This document shows, in pieces, positions 54,162 to 64,000 of a stretch of 64,000 bases of DNA. A program made the position numbers and the translations under genes. Each line of letters begins with the position of its first letter. The first letter of the stretch is position 1. The DNA comes from the human T2T-CHM13v2.0 reference genome, Homo sapiens. The stretch lies in assembly GCF_009914755.1 (NCBI RefSeq), contig NC_060942.1; one strand, given 5' to 3'. Below the pieces are notes generated by a model that was not told the DNA's origin, ran no database searches, and was given only the letters and a program-made list of their open reading frames with translations.

Positions 54162-56105
54162 TGGAGCACTCTTTTAACACACACAATTTTTGATTTACAT
54201 AAACAATAAATATTTGTTTAGTTTAAGCCTTTATGGTTCTCTTTACAACAAAGAAAAACCACTGTCAACAATCTTAAGTAAATCAGTGATTTTCCCCCCT
54301 TTGGAACCTGTGTTTATTTTTTTTTGGTTGTGTTTGTTTTTTTCTGTTGGCCTCTGTAGTGGGAAGAAAAAGAGTTTCCTGCTTTTACTTTAGCAGTTTA
54401 ATATAATATTCATAAAACTACATTTTCCTCACGTTAAATTTCATTATGTCCTTGAAAATATAGGAGGTTTTGACTAATTGTTAATCACTATTCTTTCTTT
54501 GAAAGGTTTACTTAGAAATTCTCATATTGCCAAATTGCTACTATTTCCTTTAAATGCCACCTTTTACCTCTAATGTTCTCTGTGTTCCAATCTGAATATT
54601 TAAGGATATGTCTTGTCGCCGGTCTTATGGAAAAATATTTCCTCATGAAAATCTAAATATTTAGAAGGAAGTAAAGAGAAAAAATATTTGTGGGGTATGT
54701 TTCTAAGTTTTTGAGTAAATATTTCAAAGCTTCTTAGGTATTTTTAAATTAAAATTTTGTATATTTTTAAAACCATTTGCTAAGAATTCATTTAGAGATA
54801 TTTTTGTTTCCTTGCAATATTCACAGAAACTTTTCTCTGGCTCAGAATTTATAGTCTAGAGTATTCACTATGGTAAGAGCTATATGTGTATATACTGATT
54901 ATGTGGTGCTTTCAAGTTACATATTCTTTGTGTTTGATTGAAGACTAGATTTCATTATTAAATTTGAAATGAGTTTTGATAGAATCTTTGATCTCTTATT
55001 TCAAGTAGGCAGAATTTTCTGAAAGCAGCCAAACAGTAGGAAATCTGTTCGATGAAGTTTCCAACATAGCAGCTGCTTCTGTTCATAAGGAGCACACTTT
55101 TTTTTCCTATAAGCAAAGTACAGCCCCAGTTCCCAGTCTTATAAACATTCAATCAAACTTAGATTTGATTTGTGTTTTCCCACTATATCTCTGATTCATT
55201 GAATCAATAGCATATGCTGTGTCTATTCATTCCCTAAGGAGTAATTGTTTTTCCCATATTTACAGTCTGCCTATTACATATTCAGAAATACTCATGGGGA
55301 GAAAAGCTATTGATGTGTGGACTCTTGCCTTTAATAAACACTGCTTTTGTGAATGTAAGGTAACAATAAGGGAAATAATTTCAAATAGTTGGTTTAAAAT
55401 GATCATTCTTCTCTTCCTTTGAGCATATAAAAATAATAAAATGTGAGAATTTAAATGCTTCTCTAAGCCTACTCTATTATAACAAATGTATTAAAATAGA
55501 AATTTTAATTGTGCTGTTTCCTTTGAACATTTGAATTTCCTTTTTTCATTTGTTCCCTTTCTGGTGATTTAAACAGGATTCTTGCTGTAGCTAAATCCTT
55601 AGGGGCCTATAGTTGTGCAGACAATCCTTTTAAAATGAATAGTGTCAACCTTTTAAGCCACAGAGGGGCGTTACAGTCTCCAGTTTGTAAAATGATGGGC
55701 ATCAGAATCTATAAATTGTTGCAGTTTTTTATTTTTATAGTCATTCTAGGGTGTTGAAATTGAAAGTAAACTTTGGCTGCTTTGACATGTTTTCTATAAC
55801 TTTTAAGACCTTTCAAGGTAATAAAGGTTATTTATGCCACAAAATAAAATTGCCAGGAAACAGGTAGCCCACTGATGTCATCTTACAATGGGTACCTGGA
55901 CAATTTTGTTTGCATTCCTACTTTAAGATGACAGCTTTCAAAGAAATACCTTAGAGTGCTTTAGAATCTAGTTTATTGATGTGAACAGAAACCTCAGAAA
56001 TGATTCAAATCTAGGTCTTCTAGTCTTGATAGCTAACCTTGTCTCTCATATTTGGAGATGACAGTGTCACTTTTCTTTTTTTAGGTGGCCTTTTTGTTTG
56101 AATAG

Positions 56106-56422
<317 letters not shown>

Positions 56423-56477
56423 TGAATGATTTTTGAGAGGTGTTTGATACTTGATGCTTATTATGAGCATCAACATA

Positions 56478-56795
56478 TTTTTTTTCTTTTTTTTTTCTTT
56501 TTTTTGAGATGGAGTCTTGCTCTGTAGCCCAGGCTGGAGTGCAGTGGTGCCATCTCGGCTCACTGCAAGCTCTGCCTCACGAGTTCACGCCATTCTTCTG
56601 CCTCAGCCTCCCGAGCAGCTGGGACTACAGGCACCCGCCACTGTGCCCGGCTAATTTTTTTGTATTTTTTTTAGTATAGTAGAGACGGGGTTTCACCGTG
56701 TTAGCCAGGATGGTCTCGATCTCCTGACCTCATGATCCGCCCACCTTGGCCTCCCAAAGTGCTGGGATTACAGGCATGAGCCACCACGCCCGGCC
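56478..56795 (-). mobile_element. AluY
   Basis: gcaagctc, ttcacgccattct, accgtgttagccaggatggtctcgatctcc. Confidence 0.96.
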
Positions 56796-57532
56796 AACAT
56801 ATATTTTCAATAACAGGAAATGGCTGCAGCCATAGTGTTTACTTGGTGGTCAGAAAGAGCAAGATACAGCAGTGAGCCCCTACATTGTGGTCAGCTATAT
56901 GTTCATTTGGAAATAAGTTTGCTGCATAAACACAGGAAAAGCTGAATACCCTAAGATGACGGAGATAATCAAGGACTTTAACAATGAAGGGTAGAAGGGG
57001 ATGGCTTGGATTTGAATAATACCATATTGACAGTTTCACCATTTAGAACTGCTGTTTTTTGTTTTAATGTTCGGCTTTAGATTCATGGACCACAAATTGA
57101 ACTGAGTGCCAAGGAAAGTTTGAGGTAGTGCTGTGTTCTCTGGTTTGGCTGCAGCCCCACTTCTCTGTCTTTCCTTCTATTTAAGTGATTCAAACATTTG
57201 TTTCCTGCCTGCCTTTTGAGAAAATTTGGAGTTTGTGAACCCTGCTACATGAGAATTCCTAGCCCAAATACCTTGGATATTGTTAGTACCTTCGATAGAG
57301 GTAGAAAAAATTCAATTTAATGTGATAAGTTTGGTTTTACATGTGTTCAGTTAGAAATGACAAACAGTGTCTTGAAAAGGGGATCTGGTCCTTGAAAATT
57401 AGAGTGCATGAATGTGAAAGCAGGTCATGTAATGGAATTCAAGATTAGACCTTAGATGTAAAAAATGAATATGTATTTATATTTGAAAATTATCAATAAT
57501 GAGATAGTAGCTAAATCCACAAGAGTGGAATT

Positions 57533-57662
57533 ATTCATTCAACAGTAATGTATTAATAATATGTTGAGCATCTATTATGAGCTAGACATGGACGTGCTGA
57601 AGATATAGTGGAGAACAAGACAGGTAAGCCCTCAGCTCTCATGAAGTTGACCATCTGAATGG
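57533..57662 (-). mobile_element. L2 3' end fragment
   Basis: attcattcaaca...ttgagcatctattatg...gaacaagacag...ctctcatgaagtt. Confidence 0.7.
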
Positions 57663-57945
57663 CTGAATACAGAGTATACTCTCCCAGAAATAGTGGAAAG
57701 CATAATAATAAGCATCCGTGACTTGAGATTTGGGAAACATTGTCAGTTAAGAAGGTCGAAAAGTTTCACATGTGTTTTAAAGATAAAACAGTGTGAAAGT
57801 CAACTTAGTAAAATCAAAAAAGTCTGACCTGGGAGCCCAAAGTCCTGGGTTTCAATCTCAGTTTTACAATCAGTCATACCACCATAGACAAGACACAGCC
57901 CCTCTAAGTTTCACTATTGATGAAGCAAGCAAGTTGATTGAGATT

Positions 57946-58466
57946 GATGGTTTTCAAACTACACATCATCATGATCCACTGAAAGTAATTTAAAGTTTCA
58001 CAGTCTAGCATTTGTATTTAAAGAAAAATGAAATAAACAGAATAGCAAATATTAACATATTGTTCACAGGATGTTGCTTTGTGAAACTTTTCCGTTTTAT
58101 ACATCTGTGTGCATATGTGGCTGTGTGTATCAAGCTGTGATACTTTTTTTTTTCTCTTTGAGAGATATCATCTCCCTTTGTTGCCCAAGCTGGAGTGCAA
58201 TGGTATGATCATAGCTTACTGCAGCTTCACCTGGGCTCAAGCTATCTTCCCACCTCAGCCTCCTTAGTAGCTGGGACTATAGTCGGCGACACCACACTTG
58301 GCTTATATTTAATTTTTTTTTAAATGTAGAGGCTGGTCTCAAACTCCTGACCTCAAGTGATCCTCCTTCCTAGGCCTCCCAAAACACTGGGATTATAGGT
58401 GTGAGCCACCATGCCCAACCTGTTATTTGCTTTGGTTTGTTCCCAGTGGAACATTTAGAAACACTG
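57946..58466. mobile_element. hAT-Charlie-type MITE (subfamily not called) interrupted by an Alu
   Basis: ggttttcaaact start, aaaatgaaata, ttgtgaaacttt, ends tttagaaacactg. Confidence 0.5.
58144..58420 (-). mobile_element. Alu (AluJ-type, small internal deletion)
   Basis: atgatcatagcttactgcagc, ctgggctcaagc. Confidence 0.92.
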
Positions 58467-59058
58467 GATTAGAAGACCTATAAAGTCTTATTCAGATCAT
58501 TGCTTATATGATTTTTGTAATTGTATAAGCAGATGAGGGTTAAGAAGACATTTAAAATGTCTTTTACTCTTTAAAACCATAGTTTTTTAATTGGAAAGTT
58601 AAAGATTATGTATGGATCTTTGAAAAATGGGAAACTGGATGGGAAAGGAAAAATTACTTAAAATTTTATTCATCTTTTGAAAATATAAGTGACAAGAATA
58701 GCTTCAGAGAGGTTTTCAGAATAAGAGAGTCTTATGTAATACCAAAGTATTACACAGATTATGAAAATAATAGTTTTTGTTCTCGAGTTACTCAGTAAAT
58801 ATGTGAGCTTAGATGATTTCTGAGGATGTTAATACTCTACCTCATAAATAGGAGAAAATGCTTGTTTTGGTGGCAAAAGTTTTAGAAAATTTGGGATATT
58901 ACACAAATTAAGGCATTACCACTCTTAGTTTACCTTTTATTGATGGTTGTATGTGTTCCTCTTTAAGTTTTCACTTTTAAAAGTGATGATAAAATGTGTT
59001 TTATTACTCCAATTTTATTATTTTTGCATATGTAAATTAATCTGTTTTAGTGAAATGA

Positions 59059-59881
<823 letters not shown>

Positions 59882-60085
59882 ATTTAATGAAATAAACCTG
59901 TGCATGGAATTAAAAAAAAGCTTTGCTTTTTTATTTTCCTTTCTATTGTGTATCTTTCTTATCAAGGCTATGTACATTTCCAGAAATCTGGCAATGGTCA
60001 TATTGCAGATTCTTTTTATATAATGTATTTTTGCCTTTTCAACAGCTTTTAAAAGAGATTTATTTTTCCTGTGTTCGATTCTTAA

Positions 60086-60117
60086 AGCAGTGTCACAGTT
60101 TAGCCAGCAGAGGGTGC
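60086..60117 (+). promoter_or_regulatory. Candidate CTCF site (core + upstream motif)
   Basis: Core CCAGCAGAGGGTGC (60104-60117), 13/14 to CCASYAGRKGGCRS; AGCAGTGTC 9 nt upstream. Confidence 0.55.
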
Positions 60118-60999
60118 AAGGGCAGCGAAAAGAAAGCTACCACACATTAATCTGTGGCTTGCCGCAGAAATAGTCTATTTCATGGCATCTTTCATCTGTT
60201 TGATGTTTCATGCTTTTAAAAATTTAAATCACATCTTATTAAACACTTTGAGACTAAGCTTTTGTATTCGTTCCCAAAGCTTCTCAACATCAAACTGATT
60301 GGCAAATAAGCCTTTGGTCCTCTCCTCTAATCTCGTTTCTGTTACAGCCTTTGTCACCCTTGAAGACATTTCAGTTTCTTTAAGTTTAAATTGCCTCATC
60401 TTTGAAATGAGGTTGATAACATTTACCCAGCTTCCCTTACCAGGGTAATTGGGAAGATTAAATTAGAAATGTATTTTATAATATTTTATGAACTAGGAAT
60501 CACTACATAGGACCGTATAGCATTTAGTTTTTATGACTTATATTTTAAGCACATATTGTGGTGCTATTTGAAGTTTTCTTTTTTTAAAAGTTGATTTTTA
60601 GTTCCTTGAAGATCTATATCTTTGTTTCTGCCATATACATGTATATATGTCTAGCACATTTCTGCATCATAAGCCATCGGATATTTATTGAATCAAATAA
60701 TGAGTGAATGTATTTTAGGATGAATGAATTCTATCTTGTCACATGGTTTATGTGGGAAAAAAATGCGGTTGTAGATAGACCAGTATTTGCTGAAGACTCA
60801 GATAATTTTCGATTGTGGATGGATTAGTGGTGTTTAACTAAGATAAGAGGTTTCTTGTTATTTTTGAATCAAGATAATCTTTTTCAGTTTTGCTTTCTAT
60901 TTAAGTTTATAACTGTGAGAAATATGAATAAGGATTATCCATGCTGTTAAAGAAATCCAGATCATTACGCAACATAGAACTAATTTTTTCTCACTTTGA

Positions 61000-61517
<518 letters not shown>

Positions 61518-61589
61518 TATTGTGTGAACTTCTTACCATGAAATTATAGTAATAGGAATGTTTTATGAGTTTATATATATATTGATATG

Positions 61590-61770
61590 ATATTTAATCT
61601 TCATAACAACCCTATAAGTTAGGACCTAATATTATCCCAATTGTGAGGAGAAGAAAGTAAAGAGAGGTCAAGTAATTTGTTTAATGTCATACAGCTAGTA
61701 AATATTGGAGTGGGGATTTGTACTCAGACATTCTTAGTCCATATTGTTATCCACAGTGCTTTACCACCTC
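61590..61770 (-). mobile_element. MIR SINE
   Basis: atttaatcttcataacaaccctataag ... agagaggtcaagtaatttg...gtcatacagctagtaa. Confidence 0.8.
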
Positions 61771-62453
61771 TCATTTTAGAATCTTAGCAAATTAGAATAT
61801 ACAATATATTTGATATGGAAAGAATCTCTAGAGATCATTTAGACTAGAATTCTTCTGAGAAAACAAAAGTCCAGATTGACTTGCCCAAGGTTTCACAACT
61901 GGTTGTTAGTAAGTAGCTTTGTAACTGTTCTCTCCTGGCTAGTTCATCAGTCTGTCTCTCAACTATGAGGTTTCCACTTGATGGGTAGAAGTGAATGAGT
62001 AGATGAGTTCTTCACGTGACATTTTTTCTGATCAGTAGCCTAAATGATATGAAAGATTCGCTTGGTATCTTTTCCTAATTCCATTAGATAATTGGCAGGC
62101 CTTTCTTGGTGACCTTTGTAAAACAACACATTTTAGTGTTCCTTTGACTTTTAAAGGACAGCAGAAAGAGGAGGAAAATATGAAGATTTGAGTCAGTGGT
62201 TCAAAAGCAAAGAATCAGGTCTAAAGAGAAATGCTAGCAGAGCCATGCAGAAGAAGTAATGAGTAACGTTCAGCAGGTTAGAGAGGGGAAAACAGGCTGA
62301 GAGGAAACACGGTTCTGTTGAGTTGACATTTTCTTTGTTGTTGAGAAGAATCACAAACCTTGGTCAAATAAATATATTTCTACTACTGTTCCCCCTGTAG
62401 CACCTCTCCCCAGAGGTGGCTGTGTGGGAAACAGTGTGATTCCCAGATGCCCA

Positions 62454-62467
62454 CCAGCAGAGGGAGT
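62454..62467 (+). promoter_or_regulatory. Second candidate CTCF core
   Basis: CCAGCAGAGGGAGT, 12/14 to consensus, in a locally GC-rich patch. Confidence 0.35.
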
Positions 62468-63100
62468 GTCTGCTGCTCTGACCTGCAGTTTGGGGCTTAT
62501 ATTTGAAAGCAGTTTGTTTTAGTGCCAGGAGCTCTTCAATTTAGCAGGCACAGGAACCTTGGCAACACCTCAGTTTTAGCTCTTCTGGAGGCTGACCACC
62601 TATTTGAGACATCACTCAGAGTCTCCCCAAATAAATTTTGTGTTTCTCACATAGCCTATATTTTAAGCCAGACCATCCCAAGTATAGTTTCAGTATTGGC
62701 TAAAAATCTTTATAGGCATTTTATCATGATATGGTAAAAGACAAACAATTTTATTTACATATATTTACTAGAAACAAGCCCTGGCACCATGAAGAAATGC
62801 AGAGATAGCGCTCTACTACCATTATTGGCATTAATACTAGTAATATTGAAATGGCCACTAATCATATAAAATCATATGTAGCACTTTTTCATCCCTCATA
62901 ATTTATTTGCGAGAGCTATATCACAGTGGGTATAACAGTGTTAGATCTGTGGCAGAGTAATCCCTGAGTTAAGTGTCAAATGAGTAAAGAAGATGATAAT
63001 GTTGTCTTCTTTCCTTCGTTGATCTCTAGTTTAGGAAAAATTATGTTAGAAGAGGTCAGTCTACATATTTGAATTCTAATAAAATGCCTTTTTCATCTAC

Positions 63101-63391
63101 TTTTTTTTTGAGACATAGTCTTGCTCCGTCGTCCAGGCTGCAGTACCATGGTACTGTGGCATGATCTCAGCTCACTGCAGCTTCTGCCTCCCGTCTTCAA
63201 GCAATTAACCTGCCTCAGCCTCCCAGGCAGCTGGGACTGCAGGCGTGCACCACCACGCCTGGCTAATTTTTAGTAAAGATGGGGGGGTTTCACTCTGTTG
63301 GCCAGGCTGATCTCAAACTGACCTCAAGTGATCTGCCAGCCTCGGCCTTCCAAAGTGCTGGGATTACAGGCATGAGCCACTGTGCCTGGCC
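63101..63391 (-). mobile_element. Alu (AluS/J-type)
   Basis: polyT + Alu antisense; TSD-like ctttt(t/c)catcta. Confidence 0.94.
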
Positions 63392-63484
63392 ATCTTTTCC
63401 ATCTATATTTAAAATAAATTAACACTTTCACTGTTAATATTATAAGCAGTCTCTTTTCACTTTATGATTTTTTAGGGGATATTA

Positions 63485-64000
63485 CTCATTTATGTGTTCT
63501 ACAAATACGAAATATGTATTGCATGCCTACTCTGTGCAGAGTGCTTTTCTAGGTTCTTGGGATACAGCAGTGAATATAAAAATCTCTTCCTCTATGGGGA
63601 TCATATTCTCGTTGAAGAGAGTAAATGCAATAAATAAATAAAATGTATATAGTGTGCTAGATAGTGTTATATGTTATGGAGAAAAATAAAACAGGAAGGG
63701 GGATTAGGCAGTACTTGTGTCCAGTAGTAAGGCAGTGTTTCACTTCTTAATAGAGTGGCCAGGTAAGGCCTCACTGAGAAATTGACATTTGAACAAAGGC
63801 CTGAAGCATGTAAGAGAGCAAGCCGGTCTTCTGGAGAAGATTGTTCCAGCCAGAGGAATAGCAGTGCACAGCCCCGGAGGTGGGAGCATGTGTGGCAGTT
63901 GTGAGAAATAGGAAGAAGCCCAGTGTATTTGGAGCAGAGGGAATGGGTACAGTAATAGGAGATGAAGTTAGAGATAATTGGGAAATGGATGGAATTTATC
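63485..64000 (-). mobile_element. L2a fragment running off the window end
   Basis: gcctactctgtgc...gggatacagcagtgaa, aggtaaggcctcactgaga...tgacatttgaacaaaggcctgaag, tgttccagccagaggaatagcagtgc. Confidence 0.85.

Noticed and set aside
55658-55671. CCACAGAGGGGCGT as a CTCF site
   Set aside because: Mismatches at three central core positions.

Overview
AT-rich primate genomic DNA (human or a very close ape; the spliced translation matches human VPS34 as I recall it). The window lies inside PIK3C3 (class III PI3-kinase, VPS34) on the + strand. It holds 12 consecutive coding exons with GT-AG introns. These total 1306 nt and splice into one uninterrupted frame, about residues 134-569 (C2 domain, helical domain, start of the kinase N-lobe; exons 4-15 by the usual numbering, recalled from memory). 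The rest is intron with 21 Alu/FLAM elements, MIR, L1, L2, L3, MaLR/ERVL LTRs and DNA transposons, including a near-full-length Tigger1. Almost all ORF-track ORFs are exon read-throughs, Alu antisense frames or noise. There is no evidence of a second gene, RNA gene or CRISPR-like system. The best leads are hypotheses only: (1) a fold-back-generated minisatellite inside Tigger1 containing 7 perfect PAR-bZIP/D-box sites; (2) an exon 13/14 junction that regenerates its own 5' splice site; (3) inverted Tigger3a copies tightly bracketing five phase-0 exons, predicting a stop-free 552-nt circle; (4) a decayed hAT transposon with transposase motifs; (5) a duplicated AP-1 site, CTCF motifs and candidate poison exons. 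Repeat subfamily names come from remembered consensus sequences, and old-repeat boundaries are approximate.
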